From: Paraspadella gotoi
Taxonomy: Eukaryota > Animalia > Chaetognatha
Length of the DNA stretch: 41,229 bases
NCBI GenBank assembly: GCA_051294375.1
Contig: CM119263.1
Location: 8,091,719 to 8,132,947 of the forward strand
Reading direction: 5' to 3'
Shown: in pieces, positions 12,016-23,218 of the stretch
How positions within the stretch are numbered: position 1 is the stretch's first letter
How the letters are laid out: the number at the start of each line of letters is the position of its first letter
The notes under the pieces: model-generated
The model's input: only the letters and a program-made list of their open reading frames with translations
Database searches by the model: none
What the model was told of the DNA's origin: nothing
Program-made: the position numbers and the translations under genes

Positions 12016-13135
12016 TTCTCTCTCTCTCTCTCTGCTTCTCATCTCTCTCTCTCCTCCCACGGTTTACGATTTCTATAAAGTAAAATTTTACGGGATGTTC
12101 GACAAAGCAATATTCCAACACAACAACGTGAGATTACGATCGCTCTGAATCGGTGGTTTTATGAGACTCCTTTATCATCGGGCGAGTTGCAGAGCTCAGA
12201 TGAATTATAGGTTCATGGGAATGTGTGCTTGTCCAACGGGCCATGGGTGTAGTTTGCTCCAAGATCGGAAGGTAGTGAGCGGCTCGATATACGATAGAGG
12301 ACTGGATTGAAAGAATCGGTGCAAATGTTGAATCATGGTGAAGAAATGTAAGCGGCTCGAGGTCACCCGCGTTGTATATGTATTGATTCGGGGGTTTTAC
12401 GCATTAAACGCGGTCGCGTCCTCGGCTTACTTCTTGTGTAATTGCATAGAGAGATCGAAGAGATCGAGACGAGAGAATGGCAGAGTAGACTCTAGGCTCT
12501 CATTGTCTTACTGCTCGTTCGATACTGACTACCGTCTTTGTTCTCTGCTCTCTACTCTTCCTTCTCGCTCTCTCTCTCTCTCTCTCTTCTTCTCTCTCTC
12601 TCTCTCTCTCTCTCTCCCTCTCTCTCTCTCTCCTCTCTCTCCTCTCATCTATCTTCTTATTCGCATCTTTTCGGGCCCTCCCCTTTTTCTCTTTTCTACT
12701 TTTCGTCTTCCTATTTGCATGAGTTTCAGCGATGTCGTCCAGCGAATCTCTTTCCTTTCGTCTAACAGTCGAGAATTAACGAGTGAAAAATCGGAGTTCA
12801 CGACAACGACGACGACTCGACAACGACGACGGATGACCGATCGATTCTCTCGATTTCTCAGGAAAATTGAGCGGTCACATCCCATCCTGATAACAGTCAC
12901 AAGTAACACTTTCCAACCTAATTTCTGTTTCCGACCTAATTAGGGTCGATATTATTTTTTTCTCCGGAGACGATATAAACTTATAAGTAAACTAAATTAT
13001 AAAAACAATACCCATCCAATGTATCCATCGTACAATAATTATTGAGGTTTCGTAATTTTGTTATAAACGATTTTCTTGCTCTATTTCAATTGTTTCTCAA
13101 CAATCATTCATGCAAAGGAACGGGCTTCGTGTGCA

Positions 13136-13318
13136 AAGCCGACACGGTTACGCGACCTTCGACCCTCCGTGTGCGACAGAGGGCACTAGAGGGGAAGAGG
13201 TCGAACAAACAGAAACAGAGAGGGAGAGAGGAGAAAAGAGATTCGCGAAAGAAGAGAGAAAGAGCACAAAGAGGAATCTTCAGGAAGAACCGAAGAGGCG
13301 AAGGGGAGAGGAGTGAGT
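13136..13318 (+). other. Degenerate sense copy of Mxi1 exon 2 interleaved with GA-rich sequence
   Basis: AAGCCGACACGGTTACGCGAC (HGYAT), then exon 2 words (GTCGAACA, AATCT.CAGG, GTGAGT) scattered among GA runs. The acceptor AG is lost. Confidence 0.7.
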
Positions 13319-14048
13319 GATACCATCAATTCGTGTTGGGGCAGATGATGAACTGTGATTCCCCTGATATAAGCCTTTGAACAGAAGGGGCGTTTTAACA
13401 TGTCGCATAATTTTGGACGCAAAGGAAAGCGACGCGGCCAAGATTTTAGTACTTAATAAAGGGCTGTTTCTCTCTAGAAATATAATTCACCGTATTTTAC
13501 TACATTATAATTAGATAGCTTAGCAATTTTCATTTCTTCCATTTTTCGTCCTCGTTATCTAGAAGTTTCAAGATTCTTATAAAATAAGAAAGAACTATTT
13601 ATGGTGAACTCGAGATTCGCGAGAAATTATCCGCAGGAAGACGCCCCCTCGTGCACCCCTTTAGTGTGAGAATTTCGTCCGCTTTCAAGTGGAACTCAGA
13701 AGGAAATTTTGATTACACACGACATTTTTGTTCGCAACTACGAAGAACAAAAGAGAAGTAGATGGGCGGCGGGGCCCGACGGGGGGGAAGGGCGACGCCG
13801 GGGGACGGCCAGACGAATCATTTTCAGGCAAGACCAAATTTTAAATTTTCGCAAAAGGAAGATAATCATGCGGTACGGGAAACCCCGTTTAATCACGTTG
13901 ATAAAGACACGAAGTAAAATGTCCGCACATAGGACTTCTTGGCTTCCGCCCAACAAGCTCAACCCATCCTGATAAAAAACAAGACCCTCATGCACAGCAA
14001 CCAGGAACCTACATCAATCATACGCCAACAAGCAATGAGGACACTCAC

Positions 14049-14153
14049 CTTGCTGTTCCCTGAGATTATTTGTTCTCTTGATTTCCTTTTGCTGTTCGAC
14101 TCCAGACGTCTCTGATGCAACGGAGGTTGGGTCGCGAACGTTGTTCCGGCTTC
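14049..14153 (-). other. Degenerate antisense copy of Mxi1 exon 2 within the fold-back
   Basis: The reverse complement retains PPLHQ..LESN.KRKSR fragments and the GTGAGT donor (ACTCAC at 14043-14048), with many indels. Confidence 0.8.
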
Positions 14154-15247
14154 CTGCACACGAAAGCCGTTTGCATGAATGATTAGTTAAGAACAATTAA
14201 TTGAAGATCAGGAGCAGAGAAAATCGTCATATAACAAAATTTACGACTCAATAATTATTGTCTACAGCATGGATACCATTGGATAGGGTTATGTTATTAT
14301 AATTTATGTTATAGTATAGTTATAACGTCTCCGCGAGGAAAAAAAATATCTCGACCCTAATTAGCGGGAACAGAAATTGTTGGAAGTGTTACTGTGACTT
14401 TTACAGCGAATGGTTGACTGGTGAGCCGCTCATTTTCTTGGAAATTCGAGAGAATCGATCGTCATCGTCGTCGTCTTGTCTTCGTCGTTCGTTTGCGGTC
14501 GAAAACTCGATTTCTCGTTTAATTTCGACTGTTGAGACGCAAAAGGTAAAGAGATTCGCTGGACGAACATCGCTCGAACCTCATGCAAATAAGAGAGAAG
14601 GAAAATAGAAAGAGAGAAAAGGGGGGAGAGGACAGAGGGAGCGAGAGCGAAAGAGAGAGAGGAGAGAGGAGGAGAAGCGAGTGAGAGAAGGAGAGAGCAG
14701 AGAGAGAAGGAGGGAGAGGAGAGAGGACGGAGGAGAGAGAGGAGGAAGAGAGAAGGAGGAGAGAGAGAGAGAAGAAAAGGACGAGAGAGAGAAAGAATGA
14801 GAGAGAAGGAAAGAGAGATGAAAGAGCAGAGAGAAGAAAAAACAATATTCAATCTTCTTTTTTTCCGATCTTTAACCTTGGAGAAAATAACCGTGGCCGT
14901 TGAGAAGAATCAACTTAAATTTCATCGCCTGCGAAGGATAAACGCTGCGTCGTTCTCCCCTTCCCCAATAACAAACTTGCCCCTCTGTCGACCACCCCCT
15001 CACCCCATTTCCCCCTCCCGCATCCCGCATAAATAAGGGAGTCCAAAACCGTTTTTCTCTGTGGTGTGTGTGTGTGTGTGTGTGTTTCCTATTTGAATCT
15101 ATATTTTTTTTTTTAGATTCGTTCATATTTCTAACTCCTGCCTCTGCGCGGATTATGCCGTATTCATCTGGAGCTAATTTGCGTTGTACAGTTAACTGAT
15201 CTCGGGATCGAAGTTAAGCCTGTTTTACGACTCTCTCTTCTGCTCCT

Positions 15248-15311
<64 letters not shown>

Positions 15312-15350
15312 ACTTTCCTCCACTCATTTTCTACCTTCCTTTTCTAGGCA

Positions 15351-15375
15351 NNNNNNNNNNNNNNNNNNNNNNNNN
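15351..15375. other. Assembly gap of exactly 25 N (one of three)
   Basis: 25-N gaps: 15351-15375, 23136-23160, 32812-32836. Other gaps: 9968-10133, 15495-15743, 26949-27108, 27673-27888, 33422-33673, 34605-34704 (100 N), 40704-40931. Confidence 0.97.
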
Positions 15376-15826
15376 GAGAGAGAGAGTCGTAAAAGGCTTA
15401 ACTCGATCCCGAGATCAATTAACTGTACAACGCAAATTAGCTCCAGATGAAAACGGATAATCGCGCAGAGCAGGAGTTAGAAATATGAACGAATNNNNNN
15501 NNNNNNNNNNNNNNNNNNNNNNNNNNNNNNNNNNNNNNNNNNNNNNNNNNNNNNNNNNNNNNNNNNNNNNNNNNNNNNNNNNNNNNNNNNNNNNNNNNNN
15601 NNNNNNNNNNNNNNNNNNNNNNNNNNNNNNNNNNNNNNNNNNNNNNNNNNNNNNNNNNNNNNNNNNNNNNNNNNNNNNNNNNNNNNNNNNNNNNNNNNNN
15701 NNNNNNNNNNNNNNNNNNNNNNNNNNNNNNNNNNNNNNNNNNNTGAAATTAAGTTGGATCTTCCAACGGCCACGGGTTATTTCTCCAGAGGTTAAAGATC
15801 GGAAAAAAAGAAATTGAATTTTGTTT

Positions 15827-15862
<36 letters not shown>

Positions 15863-15867
15863 TTCTT

Positions 15868-15999
<132 letters not shown>

Positions 16000-16458
16000 G
16001 CTCTCGCTCCCTCTCCCCCTTTTCTCTTTTCTATTTTCCTTCTTCTTATTTGCATGAGGTTCGAGCGATTTCGTCCAGCGAATCTCTTTCCTTTTCGTCT
16101 CAACAGTCGAAATTAACGAGAAAAATCGAGTTTTCGACGACGACGACGACGACAACGACGACGATGACGATCGATTCTCTCGATTTCTCAGAAATGAGCG
16201 GTCACAGTCACTATCGCTGTAACAGTCACAGTAACACTTCCACTAATTCTGTTTCCCGCCTAATTAGGGTCGAGATATTTTTTTTCTCCGGAGACGTTAT
16301 AAACTTATAATAACATAAGTTATAATAACAATAACCCTATCCAATGTATCCATCTGTACAATAATTATTGAGTCGTAATTTTGTTATAAACGATTTTCTC
16401 TGCTCCTATTTCAATTGTTTCTTAACCAATCATTCATGCAAAGCGGCTTTCGTTGCAG

Positions 16459-16558
16459 AAGCCGAACACGGTTACGCGACTTCACCTCCGTTGCATCAGA
16501 CGCTGGAGTCGAACAACAAACGGAAATCAAGAACAAAGAAATCTCAGGGAAACAGCAG
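16459..16558 (+). CDS. Mxi1: Mad/Mxi1 coding exon 2 (EAEHGYA motif and linker)
   Basis: Acceptor TTGCAG at 16453-16458 and donor AG|GTGAGT at 16559 define a 100-nt exon. Joined to exon 1 (G+AA = E) it reads EAEHGYATSPPLHQTLESNNKRKSRTKKSQGNS(R), carrying the family EHGYA motif. Confidence 0.93.
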
Positions 16559-16943
16559 GTGAGTGTCCTCATTGCTTGTTGGCGTATGATTGATGTGGTT
16601 CCTGGTTGCTTGCTGAGGGCGTTTTTTCATTTGCCTTTGGACCAAAGGAAGTGCGGCCTGTCTTTATAAATTTACGTACATTTATCTTTTCAAAATTTAA
16701 ATTTGTCTGATCGCCCCCGGCCCCTTTTGTTCTTCCTAGTGGAAAATGTCGGAATTAAAATTTTGAGTCCGCATTTCTCCTAGATGAAGTCTTTCTTCTC
16801 GGATTTTCTCCGTCTCGATTCTTGCTTTCTATTTTTAGATCGAAACTTCTAGAAACAGCACGAAAAAATGGCATAAAATTGAGCTTCATAATTATGAAAA
16901 TTGTGATTCAGAGAGAAACAGCCCTTTTTAATCTCTCTCCATT

Positions 16944-17021
<78 letters not shown>

Positions 17022-18856
17022 TCTCTCTATCATTCAATTCCGGCTCGCCGCGTTTCTAATCCCCGTCAATTTCACCGGTGGACTCGAGCGCTTCCTCACC
17101 GAAACTTCACCGATTTCTTCAATCATCTCTCCCGATATCGAGCCGCTCACCCTATCTCTCCACCCCCCACCGCCCCCTATTGCCCTCACCCATATAAGAG
17201 TCTAACCATGAGAAAAAGTTGTTTGTTGTTGATATTGTTGTCGAAAATAACATTTTACTTTTAAATCGAAAACCGTGAGGAGGAAGAAAAAGAGAAAGAA
17301 AGGAGAGAGAGAGAGAGAGAAGAGAGAAGAGAGAGAAAGAGAAGAGAGAGAGAGAGAGGAGAGAGAAGAAGAGAGAGTTTTTTTTTTTGTTGACCTCTCC
17401 TCTTGTTGAAGGACGTGGAAGAGACTTGGAGAATTTATCGGTTTCTCTTCGCGAAGAAATTTTTCTTCGGCGCCGTTCTCACTTTTTCATTCGTTGATTG
17501 CCTATGTTGGGATCCCCTTAAGGAAGGCCCTTTAGGATTGCCCTTAGGATTGCCTTTAGAATCGACCTAAGGCTCAACTATAGTATCGCCCTTAAGATCT
17601 GACTGGGCCTTAAAATTGACCTGAGAATTGTCTTGAGATTTACCTTCGGGAAAGCTTATACGATTTCCTTTACCTTCCACATTACGCTTAATTTCAAAAG
17701 TTTCGCAATGAGAATGCTGACTTAGAATTTTTAGTTTGTTATCTATCGATCGCCCCTAGGAACACAGTAAATAATAAATGACAACTTCAAACTTCTAAGA
17801 TCTTTACATTAATTGATCATTCTTAACAAAACCTTTGCACACTCCAACTGCAATACATCAGATCGTTGACATTTTGTAATTGCCTTTTGCGTCAATATTC
17901 ATTCTCTAATCCAATGAATCGAATTTAAATAAAACTGGGTTTTTGTGTGGTGTGTGCCGGCGTGGTCGGCACACCTTTTGAAGAATATTGCCTTGATTTT
18001 AATCAATATTTACTCGCAGACTCTGAACGGTCGATTTTTTCGTTTGTTAAATTAAAAAAGAGAAAAAACCTTCATAAAAAGTTCAGGAATATTTTCTAAA
18101 CGCCAGTGTCAAGATGAAATAATGGTTAGTACCTTTTGAAATACCTTTAGTATGTATTTTTTATGGCTCGGGAACGGTTGAAATATATTTGTATTGAAGC
18201 GATCAATTCGTATGTATAAATTTCATATCGTTTATTAATTTATGTTGAGTTTTCCAACATTTCTTTCCAGAATTCCAGTATTCCATAGACTCTCTCTATC
18301 TCTTTCTCAGTATTCTTCTGTTAGTGAGGACGTGAAATCGCTTACTTTTTTTAACTTTCTTCCGGTGAGAAACTTGAGAATAATCCCCTTTTTTCCACCT
18401 CGGGTGAGTTTCTGTCGGCTTTTACTGGGTGAGGAATTGACGACGCTTCGAGTGAGGCAGTCATAGAGGGGTGAGGTTATATACAATATACAATTTTATT
18501 ACAAAGACATTGTTCCGGATTTCTTTTGCCTCGACTCAACTCCGTACGGACGCCTCCACGCGTCAAGCACATTTTACGAAATGAATAACTTATACATTTT
18601 TGTATAAAACTATAAGTAAAAGTAAAATGGGCAATAAAGTTGATCGTTGCTACATTCACCACATCATTCTTATTTCATCCACCCCATCAATTTTCTTTTT
18701 TTTTAATCTTTACGATTTCGATAAAAAGTTTTTTTTTTGGAGGGAATTTGATTTAACACGAACGACGATAAGTCAACGCCCCGAGCGAGACGGATTCTCA
18801 CAGGGTTATGAGGCAGAGGGAAAACATGGCGCGACTCCTGGCACCATGAATAAATC

Positions 18857-18909
<53 letters not shown>

Positions 18910-19222
18910 TCTCCTATCACTTTCCCCCTTTTCATCCTCTCTTTCCTACTCGGATAGAGTCTTCTAACCTCCATCCTTTTACTCCACTCTTGACTATTAA
19001 GCTGTGTAACTGCCTCAAAATTTAAACGCGAAACTGAAAGCTATCAACCTATGAAATTGGTACAACCAATGTAAAAATTATCCATGAGAGAAAAGTTTTT
19101 TTAAGAAAAGTAAAACACTATTGCTTTTTAAGACTAAGTCTTTAAACTCAGAATATATCTGTAGTCGGGCATTGCCTAGGACCTAGGTTCACCCAGCCTA
19201 GAATCATGACACCTTCAGTTGT

Positions 19223-19440
19223 GACCCGGTGGCTCATTGAGTAAAGCCATTAGCTCATGACCACTAGATACCGGGTTCAATCCCAACCCGGTACCTACCC
19301 TGCGGGAAGCGTGAGGACGGCCGTAAGCCGCCATGGGGGCGTGGCAAACCCTCAAGCCTGGTTCCAAGCCCAGGGACCCGTTCCATGGCTGCTAGAGGGG
19401 GTTATAGAAGTTACGGACAGTAGTCTTCAGCCCACGTAGT
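19223..19440 (+). mobile_element. tRNA-derived SINE (Pol III A/B boxes plus GC-rich body)
   Basis: A-box-like TGGCTCATTGAGT (19230-19242) and B-box GGTTCAATCCC (19274-19284) at tRNA-like spacing, without a complete cloverleaf. About 150 nt of GC-rich body follows in an AT-rich context. The 3' boundary is approximate. Confidence 0.65.
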
Positions 19441-19610
19441 TCCTTATCCACATATCATTAAATCTTAATATACATAAAATACATAAAGCATAAGTATTAT
19501 TAATGATACATAAATGGTAAAAATCTATCATTTTTCCCCGTTGGTCGGATGTTCTGCAACGTCTATAGACTTTGGAAAATATCATATAAAATTGATTGGG
19601 AAATCAGCGG

Positions 19611-19644
<34 letters not shown>

Positions 19645-20552
19645 TCATCTAATTTATTTAATTCCATCATTAATTTATGATGAAGTAGTCCTGTGGGAGT
19701 TCGATGGCAGCTCCTCCTTAAACTGTTTCATTAAAAAAAAGGAAATTATAAGATTAAAAAACGAAGCAGCGTCTCTTTCATTCTCATACCATGTTCAAAT
19801 CAATTTATTTTTGTTATGGAAATTAACTGTAATTTTTTTAATACAAACAATTTTTGATAAGTAAAAACTTTTAATGTAAAACAAAAGGGAAACGATAGGA
19901 GACGATAAATGTTTCGATTTCAAAATGAAAGGAACTTAATATTCCATGCCGCTTTTATCGCCATTTATCCGAACTCTTTGGCGGCTGCGGCGCAGCGGCG
20001 TCGGCGGAAGCGACTGCGGCGTCGACGGCTTCGGCCTTGGTCGTCGTGACAGCTGTGGCAATGCCGATTTCAGATGTGGCATATCTCGTGGCAGGGCCCG
20101 TTGCGACGTCAGATACGTGGTAGCAATGCAATGCAGAGTTGACGGTCGATATTTGTATCAGCGCATGGTACCTTCTGGCAATCAGTATTCGTTATGAACT
20201 CGGTTTCACGAAATTAAAAATGTCTAACAACGTCGCTGCATATTTTTGTCAGGTTGTTTTTCGTCGTGTGGATCCGTGATTAATGTTGTTGTGGCGGCGA
20301 ACATCGCAGTACCAACGTCATTGTTGTATTTGTTGTTGCTCCGAGTTTTTCCCCTTTTTGTTATTGTTGTTATTTTTTTTTTTAATTTTTGTAATTGATG
20401 TTGTTGGGTTTTTTTTTTATTTTGGTCGTTAGTTGTCGAGTTTCTAACTTTCTACGTCCAGAGCCTGCATCTCTTTGGTCGGTCGGTCGGTGCCGTTGAT
20501 GTGCGTTGAACTTTCACAATTGGATAAATTAGTAATGTTTAAAAAAATTAAC

Positions 20553-20587
<35 letters not shown>

Positions 20588-21339
20588 TAGAGAGATGAAA
20601 ATTGAAATGTGAAACGAAAGTTGGTATGAATTACAGAAAAGAGACCTGAAAGGGTTTATAGAATAAAAAAAAATTTAAAAATAAAAAAATCTGTTAAAAA
20701 AATTGTGCAATGATTAAAAAAAGAAAAATGGTTGAAAGCAAACACGGATTGGAGGGTCTGGTCGTATTGGGCGCCACGTTGAAGGCTCTCTCTCTCTCTC
20801 TCTCTCTCTTTCCTTCCTCTCTGCTTCCGTGCATATTTATGGGGTTTCTCTCCCATTTAATTCAAAATTATTTCTAAAATTAATAATGTCGTCTCACATT
20901 TTTTTTCTAAAAAACATTAATAAAAAATTAACAAAGCCACCACGATGCCATTATGAAAAAAACCTGTCGGGAAGAAAAACGAAACCAAAGAGTTTCATGT
21001 TCCCTAATTTTTTTTTTTATTCAGTTTCGATCAAAAGATGAAAATTGAAGAAGTTTATCAGATCGAACCTTTGAAATTCCCACGGTTCAGGAATCTCCAA
21101 GCGAAAACTTATCGCTTGGATATTTCTTCTGTATATCTCTTTATTTTATAAATACTTGCTGTTTGTTGTCTCTGTTTAAACAATAAAGTAAGCAAAGTAC
21201 TAAGGATTTTTTTTGCAAACAAAAAACATTATTAAACGAAATCATAACCCGTTTTTATTTTCCCTCTTTTAACGATTTAAATAAAAAAAAAAAACCCTTT
21301 TCTCTCCCTCTATCTCGGCCTCGCCACGGTTGTCACCCT

Positions 21340-21425
21340 CCTTTGTCACGTCCGTTGTCCCGTTCGTTGTCACGACCGATATAACGTCCAGTTTGACGTC
21401 CGGTGTCCCATTTTATGTCACGTTG
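21340..21425. repeat. Degenerate 12-bp tandem repeat (TTGTCACGTCCG-like)
   Basis: ttgtcaccctcc, ttgtcacgtccg, ttgtcccgttcg, ttgtcacgaccg and further decayed copies. Confidence 0.6.
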
Positions 21426-21665
21426 ACACGCCCTTCTGACGATGAATGAAAGATGGCGTAAATAATTGCGCGGTCGATTAATTCTATTTCTCCCCCCCCT
21501 TTTGTTCTTCCCCCTTTTTTCCCCTTCTCTCCTCTCTTAATCACTCGCCTTTTTATTTTTCCCCTCCTCCTCTTTTTTCCTCCCTCCTCTCATATTTTCT
21601 CACATTTTATTTTCTTCTCCACTTTCTGCCCCAACTCCCCTTCTTTCCTTTCAACTTACCTCCTC

Positions 21666-21710
<45 letters not shown>

Positions 21711-21743
21711 CCTCTCTCCCTACCTTTTTTTTAATCATCACAG

Positions 21744-21773
21744 GAGCACGCACAACGAATTGGAAAAAAATAG
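21744..21773 (+). CDS. Mxi1: Mad/Mxi1 coding exon 3, 30-nt microexon encoding the bHLH basic region (R)STHNELEKN(R)
   Basis: Sequence is cacag|GAGCACGCACAACGAATTGGAAAAAAATAG|gtgagt, phase 2-2, in frame with exon 2. RSTHNELEKNR is the conserved Mad/Mxi1 basic region. A long polypyrimidine tract lies upstream. The exon is too short for the ORF track. Confidence 0.95.
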   Translation, partial: EHAQRIGKK

Positions 21774-21885
21774 GTGAGTCGCCGTCGAGGTTTTTCTTTT
21801 TCTCTCTCTCTCTCTCCGACTTTTCTCCCCCTCGATTGTCAATGTCAAAAAAGGCGGAAACGGTTTCCCGCCGTGAATCAGTCGA

Positions 21886-21916
<31 letters not shown>

Positions 21917-22341
21917 GAAAAAGAAGGGGCGGTTTTAATTTCTTTTTCCTAGTTACCGCGAGAATCTGAAATTAATGTGTTTTTATTAATTAATGTCTTT
22001 TATCGAACAAAATTGTTGTCTTTAACCTTTTAGAGGAAGAATAAAGCGGATAATTAATTGTCATCTTATTTTTTTTTTTTATCAAAGTTTACTATATTCT
22101 ATGACAAACTTCGGGCTTTCCTCAAATTATTTTGACCCTTATTTCGGGTTCTCCCTTTTTTCAAATTAACTCGCGCTCCGTTTTTTTCCTCTCCCTTTAC
22201 TTGGGAGCGACTACAAACATTGAAGAAGAAGATTCATGAGGAATTAAAGACAAAATTAGTTTCTGTAATTGCTTTTCCTATTTCTCGATGAAATGGAAGG
22301 AAGAAGACGAAGACGACGACAAAGACGACGTCACTGACAAC

Positions 22342-22447
<106 letters not shown>

Positions 22448-22934
22448 AGCTCTGTCTGACTGGAAGATTACTTACGTTAGTTAAGTTATATATTAATTGT
22501 ATCATGCTAAAATTATCTTGGAGTTTGGAGAATGGCGATGCCTGGGAATTTTAGTCTTAATTACTTGATACAAATTCGTCACTTTTTCAGGAATAAATTT
22601 TACCTGGAATCTTAACTCGACGAACTCAAAACAATCCCCCACCCACCCTTATCTCAGACGCACCTCTTCGTACACCCGCTCAATCTTACCCTACCCATAT
22701 TCACCGGCTTGCCTTACCAGCCCTTAACGCCCCCCACCACTCCACCACCCCTCGTCTTAACCACCGCTCGCAATGGAATTACTCCACAGTGACGGAAAAT
22801 CCTCGGGAAATCCTCGGGTTTTTATTCCAAGTTCATTACGAAGGAACGCGAAGGCGGAAGGGGCATTGGCGAGTTGATCGAGGAGGGGAAAGTCTGTCAG
22901 TCGCCGACGGAAACTCGGGATGCGCGTGGCGTGC

Positions 22935-23016
22935 GTGGCGTTCGACGTCGGTGGCGTTCGACGTCGGTGGCGCTCGACGTCGGTGGCGTTCGACGTCGGT
23001 GGCGATCGTGGCGTCG
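22935..23016. repeat. 16-bp CpG-rich minisatellite, 4 full copies plus a partial copy
   Basis: Unit GTGGCGTTCGACGTCG at 22935, 22951, 22967 (one mismatch) and 22983. Each contains the palindrome CGACGTCG. Confidence 0.9.
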
Positions 23017-23218
23017 GAATTTAAGTTTCGGTTCCTCATCTATTGACAATAATTGCTAATGTCGTTGCAAAGCTTCCGGGTTTTTATTGCAGATGGTCTC
23101 ATCGAACAGATTCACCTTCCGTCTGTTTTTTTTTTNNNNNNNNNNNNNNNNNNNNNNNNNGTTTTCTTTTTTTTTTTTTTTTGCCGTTTTGCTATTTTCA
23201 AGCGACAAATTTGACGAT

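Noticed and set aside
13136-14153. Duplicated exon 2 as mutually exclusive exons or a paralogous pseudogene
   Set aside because: The copies are indel-riddled, one is antisense, the other has lost its acceptor, and both lie in probable gap-fill sequence.
19223-19295. Functional tRNA-Met gene
   Set aside because: A and B boxes are present, but the acceptor and anticodon stems do not pair properly; a SINE head fits better.
22935-23016. CRISPR-like palindromic repeats (also the 39-bp array at 37802-37964)
   Set aside because: The units are head to tail with no unique spacers, in a eukaryotic context with no cas genes.
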